24,784 nt of DNA, taken from IMG/VR virus record IMGVR_UViG_3300017766_002592, positions 1 to 24,784 of that record; one strand, 5' to 3'. Origin of the DNA: a virus. Its lineage: Duplodnaviria; Caudoviricetes. The position numbers and the translations under genes are program-made. This document shows positions 1 through 7,673 of the stretch, in pieces. Numbering within the stretch: the first letter of the stretch is position 1; each line of letters opens with the position of its first letter. The notes below the pieces were generated by a model that was not told the DNA's origin, made no database searches, and was given only the letters and a program-made list of their open reading frames with translations.

Positions 1-987
1 ATTATCAATGAAATACTGAAGGACATTATCAAGCATCTCGGCAGTATCACGCAAAAATAGTTTGTCATTTTTCCATTCATCAAAATACTCCAAATTAAGT
101 GATGATAAACAACAAACGGCTGTTCGTTCTTTATCTGTTGGTAGAATAATTTCTGAGCAAAGGTTTGATTGTTTAATTGATAGACCAAGTTTCTTTTGAA
201 ATTCAGGCATGGCTTCATTACTTGTATCAATGAAGTGTAGATATGGTTCTCCAGTTTGCATACGAATTTCTAAGATACGCTGCCACAATTCTTTGGCTGA
301 AATAGTATCACGCACTTCGCCACTATGTGGATCTTTGAGATTCCATGTATCGTCAAATGCTGGGTCAAGCATCGCCTGCTCAATCAAATGCATGAAGTCA
401 TCGGTGATATTAATGCCATGATGTAGATTTTGGCACCGCATGTTTTGATCGCCAGTAGGCTTACGCATTTCTAAGAACATTAAAATATCTGGATGAGAAA
501 TATCCAAATAGGCTGCATAGCTGCCTCTGCGTGTGCGACCTTGACGATATGCTAAAGAAGATGCATCATATGTGCGTAAATGTGGCATAATACCAACACT
601 CTTATCATCAGCTGAACGGATACCTAGGCCAATGCCTACGCCACCGCCTAACATTGAAAGCCAATTTACTTCCGATAGAGTATTGACCAAACCTTCTGCA
701 CTATCATCGAGATAAGGCAAGAAGCATGATATAGGAAGGCCACGCTTAGAACGCCCAAAAGAAAGAATGGGAGTAGAATAAGACAACCAATGTTTACTGC
801 TATACTCATACAATCTCTGTGAATGGTCTTTGTTAGACCCAAAGGCTTTCGATACATAAGCAAATCTTTCTTGTGGTGAGGTTTCATCCTCTTTCATGTA
901 ACTTTCTTTTAATCTTTTGATTCCTAATTCATCGAAAAGAGAATCACGGGAAAAATCAACGGTGATGCCGTGAACAATGTCTGACAT
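1..987 (-). CDS. nrdA: Ribonucleotide reductase class I alpha subunit, 5' part (runs off the left edge; absent from the ORF track)
   Basis: Manual translation from ATG 987 (GGAG SD at 994-997): MSDIVHGITVDFSRDSLFDELG...STPILSFG...GLPISCF...GGGVG...QGRTRRGSYAAYL...TGEPY...QSNLCSEI...AVCCLSSLNL. Catalytic NxCxE and both redox cysteines are present; frame open to position 1. Confidence 0.97.
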   Translation of the reverse strand, partial: MSDIVHGITVDFSRDSLFDELGIKRLKESYMKEDETSPQERFAYVSKAFGSNKDHSQRLYEYSSKHWLSYSTPILSFGRSKRGLPISCFLPYLDDSAEGLVNTLSEVNWLSMLGGGVGIGLGIRSADDKSVGIMPHLRTYDASSLAYRQGRTRRGSYAAYLDISHPDILMFLEMRKPTGDQNMRCQNLHHGINITDDFMHLIEQAMLDPAFDDTWNLKDPHSGEVRDTISAKELWQRILEIRMQTGEPYLHFIDTSNEAMPEFQKKLGLSIKQSNLCSEIILPTDKERTAVCCLSSLNLEYFDEWKNDKLFLRDTAEMLDNVLQYFIDN

Positions 988-1005
988 TCAATACTCCAGT
1001 TATTA

Positions 1006-1677
1006 TTATTTTGTTATAAATTCATTCGCCATTGGAAATACTTTGGCGATTACTTCAGCGCATTTCTTTGCTATTCCTATGTGTTCTTTCTGTGTGCCAT
1101 TTGCTGAACGGAGTTGTATATAGTGAATCCAACTACGCAAAGTTCCATTCATATACAAACGAGAGACAGTATTGCCTTCGGGCAGAACTGCCCTAGCCTG
1201 CTCTTTTGCGATGCCCTGTTTAATAGCCCATTCATATGCATGTTGAGCTGCATCAATGACTTCTTGTTGCTTCCATTTCCATTGCTCAATTAAATTTTGT
1301 TCTGTTAAAGTTAAACCAGAAATTTCAATGCTATTTTGGCGATTCTTAGGGTCTTGAAGTCTCGCCTCTCTTAAAACAAAATCTAAGTCTTTTGTTGGGT
1401 CTGCGTATCTTTGGGAAAATTCTTGAAAACTGAACGACCTGTGTCTTAGCATTTGTCTTGCGATATCTCTTGTAGTTTCAATTTCTAAACACATTGATAC
1501 CATTTCAAGTGGTGACCAATGTTGATTTTTAATCAAATAACGAATTAACTTCTCACTTGTTTCTTTGTTGTCTTGATTATTTGGATTTGATACTCTTGCA
1601 CAAAAAGCAATTAATTCTGTTGTATTTTCTGCAAAATAATTTTCTGGTTGTGAATAACTAATTAATTCTACCTTCAT
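1006..1677 (-). CDS. thyX: Flavin-dependent thymidylate synthase
   Basis: ThyX signature RHRSFSFQEFSQRY, plus HWSPLE and AKEQARAVLP. Start moved to ATG 1677 (MKVELISYS), just after the primase stop. Confidence 0.97.
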   Translation of the reverse strand: MKVELISYSQPENYFAENTTELIAFCARVSNPNNQDNKETSEKLIRYLIKNQHWSPLEMVSMCLEIETTRDIARQMLRHRSFSFQEFSQRYADPTKDLDFVLREARLQDPKNRQNSIEISGLTLTEQNLIEQWKWKQQEVIDAAQHAYEWAIKQGIAKEQARAVLPEGNTVSRLYMNGTLRSWIHYIQLRSANGTQKEHIGIAKKCAEVIAKVFPMANEFITK

Positions 1678-1678
1678 A

Positions 1679-2710
1679 CTATACTTTCTTCCAAAATACA
1701 AATTTAGTTTGTGCTTCAAGACCTGAGTAGGTGTTACTACTTATAATTCTTTCTATCTCATCCACAGTTTTTCCAGCAATAATCATTTCATTTATGTCTT
1801 TGCCTTGTGTGTTGCTTGGCCAAATTACAACATTATGACCTGATTTGATTGCATTTTGCATCATCTTCACGATTTCTTTATTGCGTGGTTCATTATCAAA
1901 AATTAATAATTTCTCATCTGATGAAATTTCATTTGCTGCAATTGATAAGTTAGCATCTCCACTGGCGATACAATTGTTAAGAAATAGTGAATCAATTGGA
2001 CCCTCAACAATTTTTACTGGTTGTTTTAAATTAACTCTGTCTATTCCATAAATTAATTTATTCTCATTATCATTTGTTCGAATTGTTATATATCGTAATG
2101 TTTTGTCACTTGTTTCTAGGGCACGACCTGATACAGCAATTAAATCATCATATTCATCATAAAATGGTATGACCAAGCGAGCATCATCTACAATTTGTTT
2201 ACCATGATTTGGAACCAAAGTATCTACAAATTGTTTATAGTGTTGTGTAAACAATAATTTGTTTAAAATATTATTAGGTATTTGTCTTTTTGTGCAATAC
2301 TCTAAACAAAAATGTCCACTTGGTAGTTTGTCGACCCATTCTGCATGTTCGAATACTTTTTGTTTTTGTATTTTATCAAATCGGGGTGATGGTATGTTGA
2401 ATGTTGGATCCTTGAAATTTGAGAAACCGGATTCACCCGATTTGTATCGCTCAAGAACATATTCTTTGTGTAAAGAACCGTCCACATGTTTGACCAAGTT
2501 ACCAACATTTGTACTTACTCCGCAATTATGACATCGATAAAATAGATTTGTGCCTTTTTGAAAAACATAACCTCTCGCTTTTGTTAGATTTTTTTGAGAA
2601 TCGCCACAAAAAGGGCATGAAAAGTTCCAAAGGTAATCATTCTTCTGCTTAAAATTACGCAGACGATGAGATATTAACCTTACATATTTTGATTCGATGT
2701 GTAGTGACAT
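1679..2710 (-). CDS. gp61: T4 gp61-like DNA primase
   Basis: Zn-binding CPFCGDS...CHNC, RLVIPF, GRAL, TOPRIM VEGPIDSLF and FDNEPRN, KDINEM; 343 aa, like T4 gp61. Confidence 0.96.
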   Translation of the reverse strand: MSLHIESKYVRLISHRLRNFKQKNDYLWNFSCPFCGDSQKNLTKARGYVFQKGTNLFYRCHNCGVSTNVGNLVKHVDGSLHKEYVLERYKSGESGFSNFKDPTFNIPSPRFDKIQKQKVFEHAEWVDKLPSGHFCLEYCTKRQIPNNILNKLLFTQHYKQFVDTLVPNHGKQIVDDARLVIPFYDEYDDLIAVSGRALETSDKTLRYITIRTNDNENKLIYGIDRVNLKQPVKIVEGPIDSLFLNNCIASGDANLSIAANEISSDEKLLIFDNEPRNKEIVKMMQNAIKSGHNVVIWPSNTQGKDINEMIIAGKTVDEIERIISSNTYSGLEAQTKFVFWKKV

Positions 2711-2717
2711 AAACCAT

Positions 2718-2746
2718 AATATAACACAAAATCACAAAAAAAACAA
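2718..2746 (-). promoter_or_regulatory. Sigma70-type promoter for primase-thyX-nrdA
   Basis: Minus strand TTGTTT (2746-2741), 17-nt spacer ending TGT, TATATT (2723-2718); an extended -10 in an intergenic gap. Confidence 0.65.
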
Positions 2747-2770
2747 GCTTATTTAAATACTATACCTGAA

Positions 2771-3076
2771 TTAACCAAAAAATTTTGTAATGAATTCCAA
2801 ATGGCCAGATACCCAACCAAAAACGGCAAGGCCACCAGCAAATAACCATACCCATTTATCTCTTTGAGATTTTAATGCACTTATTTCTTTGGCCAGTTCT
2901 GAATGTTGGCTACATGAAGCATTATACATGGTTTTAAGCTGTCCTGTCAACTCTTCACGAGTTTTATCAAGGCAATCATGCATATCCTTAACATCAATTT
3001 TTAGATCATCGATTTTTTCATCAAGGCCATGTACCTTGGTTTCGACTATGCCTAGTCTTTCGGCTGTAGTAGGCAT
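2771..3076 (-). CDS. Coiled-coil protein with C-terminal transmembrane helix (holin/XhlA-like candidate)
   Basis: Heptad-like N-terminus, C-terminal WVWLFAGGLAVFGWVSG; last gene of the lysis cluster; TAATG overlap with the upstream gene. Confidence 0.6.
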   Translation of the reverse strand: MPTTAERLGIVETKVHGLDEKIDDLKIDVKDMHDCLDKTREELTGQLKTMYNASCSQHSELAKEISALKSQRDKWVWLFAGGLAVFGWVSGHLEFITKFFG

Positions 3077-3267
3077 TATTTTTTCTCAGGTACAGCTGTG
3101 CCGTCTAATTTTTTATGTACCTTGATTTCTTTACAAACTTCTTTTTCTTTACCTGTTTTTGCATCTTTCTGCATGACACAGGCTTTCTTTGTTTCAGCTG
3201 CTTGTGCCACTTGGTATCCAACAAGAGACCAAGCCACAAGATTGAGTGCGATTAAAAGTTTTTTCAT
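3076..3267 (-). CDS. Small exported protein (Sec signal peptide, two Cys)
   Basis: MKKLLIALNLVAWSLVGYQVAQA-AE signal peptide; ATGA and TAATG overlaps with its neighbours. Confidence 0.7.
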   Translation of the reverse strand: MKKLLIALNLVAWSLVGYQVAQAAETKKACVMQKDAKTGKEKEVCKEIKVHKKLDGTAVPEKK

Positions 3268-3494
3268 TTTTCTTCTTCTTCTTTTCTTTTAGCAAATTTT
3301 TCTGAAGCGGTGAAACCTAGTCCTGCAATCACAAGGTATATCATCGAATCAAACAATGATGGTGTTACCTTGTGACCAAAAATATCAGCAATAAGTGCAA
3401 AGGCACAAATTAGAAATGCCAATAATGTTACAACTCTTTTACTACTGATCGTGCCATTATGGCCATCGGATAGTAAACTATTTATCCAATTCAA
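3264..3494 (-). CDS. Putative holin (two TM helices, charged C-terminus)
   Basis: SSKR followed by two hydrophobic segments and a KRKEEEEK tail; directly downstream of the endolysin; TTG start. Confidence 0.65.
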   Translation of the reverse strand: MNWINSLLSDGHNGTISSKRVVTLLAFLICAFALIADIFGHKVTPSLFDSMIYLVIAGLGFTASEKFAKRKEEEEK

Positions 3495-4118
3495 TTATAC
3501 ACCCAATACATGAAGTGCGTGTTCATAATGTTTAATTCTATCTTCAAGACCAATGGTACCACCATTGATACGCTTTGTTAATGTGAGTATATCACCTTTG
3601 TCAGCCCATTGGTTTAGATTGTTTGTTTCCCAAAACCAGCAAGCAGATTGAGCGGCACCTTCAAATGTTTGTAGATATTCAGATGCTTGTTCAACAGGTA
3701 TTTCAATTGAGGCAGCAAACCAAGAATAATTTTCTTTACCTGTTAATTGAATTAGACCACGACCACAATATCTGAAACCATCACCAGAGGCCTCATCGCC
3801 ATTACCCATACGATTAGCATAGATACGATTTGCAACTGCTTCTTGTTTATTTGGTTTGCTTGCGTACTCATTTGCTAATTCATCTGTAGGAAAATACTTA
3901 GCAAACAATTTGCGTAATGTAGGTGCTTTGTAATTTAGATTCTCTTTGAGAAATACAAAATTACCAGATTCGTGAGCACATTGAGCTATGAAGGCTGCGA
4001 TACGCTGTGGTGTATTGATACCATAGTCAGGTAACAATTGTGCCAATGCATTGTGCCATTGGTCAATATATGGATTCTTTGGAAGCAATTGCTTCAGTTG
4101 GTCTTTTGTCAGTTCCAT
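3495..4118 (-). CDS. Glycoside hydrolase family 19 (chitinase-like) endolysin
   Basis: AAFIAQCAHESGNF, ENLNY, YANRMGNG, GDGFRYCGRGLIQLTGKENY and TKRINGGTIGLEDR are typical phage GH19 motifs. Confidence 0.95.
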   Translation of the reverse strand: MELTKDQLKQLLPKNPYIDQWHNALAQLLPDYGINTPQRIAAFIAQCAHESGNFVFLKENLNYKAPTLRKLFAKYFPTDELANEYASKPNKQEAVANRIYANRMGNGDEASGDGFRYCGRGLIQLTGKENYSWFAASIEIPVEQASEYLQTFEGAAQSACWFWETNNLNQWADKGDILTLTKRINGGTIGLEDRIKHYEHALHVLGV

Positions 4119-4231
4119 TATTTTTTAATCATTCCTAAAATTTTAGCTTTAATTGCTTTAGCCCAAAAAGGTTCTGGAAAGTGCCAACCTACAAATGCAC
4201 CGACTAAAATCCAAAAAAGTGTATCTACCAT
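4118..4231 (-). CDS. 37-aa membrane peptide (not in ORF track)
   Basis: MVDTLFWILVGAFVGWHFPEPFWAKAIKAKILGMIKK*; AAGGAG SD upstream; its TAA overlaps the endolysin ATG (TAATG); fills the gap between two genes. Confidence 0.75.
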   Translation of the reverse strand: MVDTLFWILVGAFVGWHFPEPFWAKAIKAKILGMIKK

Positions 4232-4241
4232 TTTTTACTCC

Positions 4242-4448
4242 TTATGCCATTAAAGAAGCTGCACTAATAGCAGCGTTGATAATTAAATTTAATTGTTCTT
4301 TTAACGCCAAACCTTCAGCGTCATCAGCAATACCTTCCATAATATTAATGCCCTTCAACAATTCCATATATTCTTCTTTTGTAACTAGTCCGTCTGCCAA
4401 CATTTTATTGTATTCAATAATGTAAGCATTTAATTGTTCTGGTGTCAT
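4242..4448 (-). CDS. Hypothetical protein
   Basis: 68 aa; ATGA overlap with the upstream lipoprotein gene; fits the operon tiling. Confidence 0.7.
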   Translation of the reverse strand: MTPEQLNAYIIEYNKMLADGLVTKEEYMELLKGINIMEGIADDAEGLALKEQLNLIINAAISAASLMA

Positions 4449-4849
4449 CTTGGTTTGCTCCCTAAAACATGTTGAATGGTGTCTGCTGAATTAATTACTT
4501 GTTGCAGTTTTGTTTTACAGAAGATTAGTGAAACTTTTTCTGCTTTATTAAAGTAATCTCTTGTGTCTTTTGTTAATGTCAATAACTTGGTTGACATATT
4601 GTTTGCATCTTTGTTTCTTGGTATATGAGTTGTAAAGTTTTTGAACTCTAATGATTTAATATACAATTCATTTACCTGTGTAACCACCAACAAATGGTTG
4701 CCACAGTTTTCTTCGGCAACCTGTGCCTTTGTTTTAATTTCATTGACTAAAGCATATTCGGTGGTGTCATATTTGGCCATAAAGTAGGCATCAAATAAGG
4801 CACAACCAGATAAACTAAACGCAAATATAACTATAAGTATTCTTTTCAT
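4445..4849 (-). CDS. Putative lipoprotein
   Basis: MKRILIVIFAFSLSG-C lipobox; two further Cys; ATGA overlaps at both ends. Confidence 0.75.
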   Translation of the reverse strand: MKRILIVIFAFSLSGCALFDAYFMAKYDTTEYALVNEIKTKAQVAEENCGNHLLVVTQVNELYIKSLEFKNFTTHIPRNKDANNMSTKLLTLTKDTRDYFNKAEKVSLIFCKTKLQQVINSADTIQHVLGSKPR

Positions 4850-5073
4850 TTTGGTCTCAATTCAGGATATTTTTTATGCATTTCTTCCTTTGGCAATTCA
4901 TGCATATCTTTCCATAGTTTAGCTTCTTTTTTAGTTTTAGTGGTTCTAATGTGTCGGCCATTTTCATCATGCACCTGATACTCCACATCAGCAGTTGTTC
5001 TGCCACGATACATTGATTTTTTAGTGATAGTTGCTTTTTTTTCTTCAGCAATAAATGATTTGAATGTTTTCAT
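4846..5073 (-). CDS. Small basic internal-head-protein-like gene
   Basis: N-terminus MKTFKSFIAEE closely matches the T4 internal protein capsid-targeting sequence (MKTYQEFIAE); 75 aa, Lys-rich. Confidence 0.7.
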   Translation of the reverse strand: MKTFKSFIAEEKKATITKKSMYRGRTTADVEYQVHDENGRHIRTTKTKKEAKLWKDMHELPKEEMHKKYPELRPK

Positions 5074-5666
5074 TTTACACTATCAAAAATTTGTTTTTGT
5101 GTTTTGTACCAATACTGCCAGGATTTTAACTTTTCTCTGGTTTCGTAGCAGGTGCCGTAGTTTTCGGTGACTGTGGTGAGCAGTTCTGGCACTTTAACAT
5201 TGGAGGCTCCTGTAACAGTTCCGATGGTACTTGGGGGAAGCTCATTTTGACTGGCACTATTGTGGAGCAAGACACCAGCATTAGACAACTTACAGTCATC
5301 AGTAACATATTTCGTAATCGCTTCAGTATTTGCATTTGTTGTTGCCTTTGTTTTATCAATATTTTTCTTTAATTCGCTAGCAAGTTTTACATTGGCTTCC
5401 TTGGCCTTTTGTTCTGCTACCTCAACTTGTTTCTTGTAATCTTCAGCGGCTTTGCGATATGCTGAAGTACCGTAATTATATCCTTCTAAAAATAAACCAG
5501 CAATTAGTAATAGTCCTGCAACGGATTTAACTACACTACCATATGTAGATATAAATGGAATCTTTGATGCAAAAGCACCAACAATAAAACCAATTATGCC
5601 TAACGAAAAAATACCATGAATGGCATATGTAATCCAAGCATCAGGAATAAAAGATAAAAACCACAT
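5070..5666 (-). CDS. Rz: Rz-like inner-membrane spanin
   Basis: N-terminal TM segments, a coiled coil, then C...LLHNSA...TVTENYGTC; contains an embedded lipoprotein ORF; lies in the lysis cluster. Confidence 0.75.
   Translation of the reverse strand: MWFLSFIPDAWITYAIHGIFSLGIIGFIVGAFASKIPFISTYGSVVKSVAGLLLIAGLFLEGYNYGTSAYRKAAEDYKKQVEVAEQKAKEANVKLASELKKNIDKTKATTNANTEAITKYVTDDCKLSNAGVLLHNSASQNELPPSTIGTVTGASNVKVPELLTTVTENYGTCYETREKLKSWQYWYKTQKQIFDSVK
5126..5335 (-). CDS. Rz1: Rz1-like outer-membrane spanin lipoprotein embedded in Rz (+1 frame)
   Basis: MQILKRLRNMLLMTVSCLMLVS-C lipoprotein signal, then Pro-rich STIVPVKMSFPQVPSELLQEPP with further Cys; exact start uncertain. Confidence 0.7.
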   Translation of the reverse strand: MQILKRLRNMLLMTVSCLMLVSCSTIVPVKMSFPQVPSELLQEPPMLKCQNCSPQSPKTTAPATKPEKS

Positions 5667-6259
5667 TAATTAGGCATTTTCCTTGTGAATATAGCAAAAG
5701 GAATTACTTTTTTCTTTTTCTTCATATTCACGCCCGGTTCACCTTGTGGGCCAACACCAAGACCAGCAACCGCACCAGTTCCAGCCGCATTTGTTGGAGA
5801 ATCTTCTTTCATTTTTAGTTCATCTTTTCTTTTACCAAAAGTATTATGAACAAGAGTATCTAATTTTTTATGAAATTTAGTTTCTTTGTTTTTACTAACT
5901 CCAGATTCTTCTTTAACTGGTTTAACAATTCTATCCATAGCACGATTGATGCCTGTTTTATGTTTGTCAGACATCTTGTTATATGCATCAGATGGTTGAA
6001 CTTGACCTTTCATTGTTTTTACATAACCAAGGGTTCTTTTCTTAACATAATTGGCCGCTAAAGTATCTGAAACTTCATCTAATTCAACTTCTTCTTTATT
6101 AACATGTTTTTCTAAACGGTCAATAGCAGCAGTCATACCAGAACCATCTTTAGACCGATTTTTCTCAATCTCTGCATGCTTCTTTTCTCTTTCAGCTGCA
6201 GCTTTACGAAACTTCTCTAATGCTGTCATTTTGACGGCTTCTTTTATATTTTCTTTCAT
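5666..6259 (-). CDS. Charged hypothetical protein, probable prohead/internal protein
   Basis: Start probably ATG 6259 (MKENIKEA). Internal KEEVELDE, VKEE and MKED; C-terminal PTNAAGTGAVAGLGVGPQGEPGV motif. Confidence 0.65.
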   Translation of the reverse strand: MKENIKEAVKMTALEKFRKAAAEREKKHAEIEKNRSKDGSGMTAAIDRLEKHVNKEEVELDEVSDTLAANYVKKRTLGYVKTMKGQVQPSDAYNKMSDKHKTGINRAMDRIVKPVKEESGVSKNKETKFHKKLDTLVHNTFGKRKDELKMKEDSPTNAAGTGAVAGLGVGPQGEPGVNMKKKKKVIPFAIFTRKMPN

Positions 6260-6287
6260 TTTTTGCCTTGACAATGTGTTCTTTCGC

Positions 6288-6680
6288 TCATTTTATTTGT
6301 CTTAATGCGTTTGCTACCGTCATATCTACTGAAATTTCTGAAGAAATTATATCATGTCCTTTAATGCCTTTAACTTTTTCAGGCATACAGCTTAAAAATA
6401 ACAAATATGTTTTAAGTATGGAGTAATCTTCTTTTGAAACTTTAAAAAATAACAAACGGGTTGCTATTTCAGGACCAAATACATTATTTAAAACTATCAA
6501 ATGATTAATAACTAGTTGGTCTCTTAATTCATTTAATTTACGATATCTTTTAAATAACCTTTTGATATAATTGAATCTTTTCATATCTTCTTTAAATTCA
6601 CTCATTATACAATTTGGCTTATCATACGCCTTCATTGCAAAAATCATTATGTTGTCATTCGTCAAATTTTCAAAAATCAT
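6288..6680 (-). CDS. Conserved hypothetical T4-like phage protein
   Basis: 130 aa; FAMKAYDKPNC...FKEDMKRFNYIKRLF...INHLIVLNNVFG resembles a family I recall from T4-like cyanophages; function unknown. Confidence 0.75.
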   Translation of the reverse strand: MIFENLTNDNIMIFAMKAYDKPNCIMSEFKEDMKRFNYIKRLFKRYRKLNELRDQLVINHLIVLNNVFGPEIATRLLFFKVSKEDYSILKTYLLFLSCMPEKVKGIKGHDIISSEISVDMTVANALRQIK

Positions 6681-6682
6681 TA

Positions 6683-7057
6683 TTATATTTCTTCGTTGTC
6701 TTCCTCATCCGACAGTAGTTCTTCCATGCGTTCATCATCGCCAATTTCAGCGTAAAACTCATAACGACCATCATCGGTGGGTCCATATAAAACATAAAAA
6801 TTTGTTTCTCCTAAATCAGTCACCACTTCTTCTCCTTCAGGACTTGCATCGTAAAGTGCTGGTAAATCCAATTTGAATTCTTCCAACACTTTACGAATTG
6901 CTAAGATGCCACTTTCTGGAGAAATAAAAGTTTCATCTAATATATCAGCTAAACGAAAATTAACTTGTGATAAATCTTCAGAACTTTCAATTTCTGTTTC
7001 ATCACTTTGGTTATTTTCCACCAAAGTTATTTCGTTTAGATATTGTTTAAAACGCAT
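6683..7057 (-). CDS. Acidic hypothetical protein with capsid-targeting-like N-terminus
   Basis: MRFKQYLNE start; very D/E-rich; tight tiling with neighbours. Confidence 0.7.
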   Translation of the reverse strand: MRFKQYLNEITLVENNQSDETEIESSEDLSQVNFRLADILDETFISPESGILAIRKVLEEFKLDLPALYDASPEGEEVVTDLGETNFYVLYGPTDDGRYEFYAEIGDDERMEELLSDEEDNEEI

Positions 7058-7059
7058 TT

Positions 7060-7620
7060 TTAGCTATCAGCAAAAATAGCGTCATCAGATCCGTCACCAG
7101 TCATGGATCCCATTGCAACCAATGTTTCAGATTGAACACGATTTGCACGACCACCCATTGTTAGTGTAAATGTGCAGTTAGCATTTCCTGTTACAGTTGC
7201 TGTTGGTGTGGATGAATACGATCCGCCGGTATATACTGTAACACTTTCAACAACATTTGATACCGTATTTACAAAGATACGAGCATTTGCTGTAGTGTTT
7301 CCTGTACCGCCGCCTGAAAATTGAATCCAAGCATTTCCAATGTTACTTTTATTACCAGTTCCTACTGAAATTGAAAGAACTGGACCTGTTCCGGTTTTAC
7401 GCAAAATCCAACCAGCGTGAGATCCTTTATTTCCTGCATTTCCAGCAACACCTTGTTCTGTGGCGTCAACACCAAAAACACCAAGGCCTGCATTTGTAAC
7501 AAAAGCAGATATTTGAGTATTTCCAAACAATGTTGAACCGTTTGCGGAACTTCCTAAGCCGCTAGCAACCGAATAGAGCGGTGCATTTGAAGCGGCATCT
7601 TGTGATTTCCATAAAGACAT
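7060..7620 (-). CDS. Putative virion structural protein
   Basis: Gly/Ser/Thr/Asn-rich; MSLW...HAGW...GGRANRVQSETLVAM and a GGSYSSTPT fibre-like repeat; AGGAG SD; late-promoter-like CATAAATA upstream. Confidence 0.65.
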   Translation of the reverse strand: MSLWKSQDAASNAPLYSVASGLGSSANGSTLFGNTQISAFVTNAGLGVFGVDATEQGVAGNAGNKGSHAGWILRKTGTGPVLSISVGTGNKSNIGNAWIQFSGGGTGNTTANARIFVNTVSNVVESVTVYTGGSYSSTPTATVTGNANCTFTLTMGGRANRVQSETLVAMGSMTGDGSDDAIFADS

Positions 7621-7652
7621 TTTTTTCTCCTAAAATATGAAATTTGATTGTA

Positions 7653-7660
7653 TATTTATG
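7653..7660 (-). promoter_or_regulatory. T4-type late promoter variant (CATAAATA)
   Basis: 7/8 match to the gp55 consensus TATAAATA; intergenic, about 33 nt upstream of ATG 7620. Confidence 0.65.
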
Positions 7661-7673
7661 CCTACACTCACTA

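Noticed and set aside
666-887. 73-aa hydrophobic minus-strand ORF
   Set aside because: Alternative frame within the conserved nrdA coding region; no support beyond a chance GAGG directly abutting the ATG.
2750-2759. Palindrome TATTTAAATA as late promoter or operator
   Set aside because: TTTAAATA breaks the conserved ATAAATA core, and an all-AT palindrome is expected by chance here; may simply be an UP element.
2302-5051. Nested minus-strand ORFs 2302-2508 and 4857-5051
   Set aside because: Off-frame shadows of primase and the 75-aa gene, without convincing SD or motifs.
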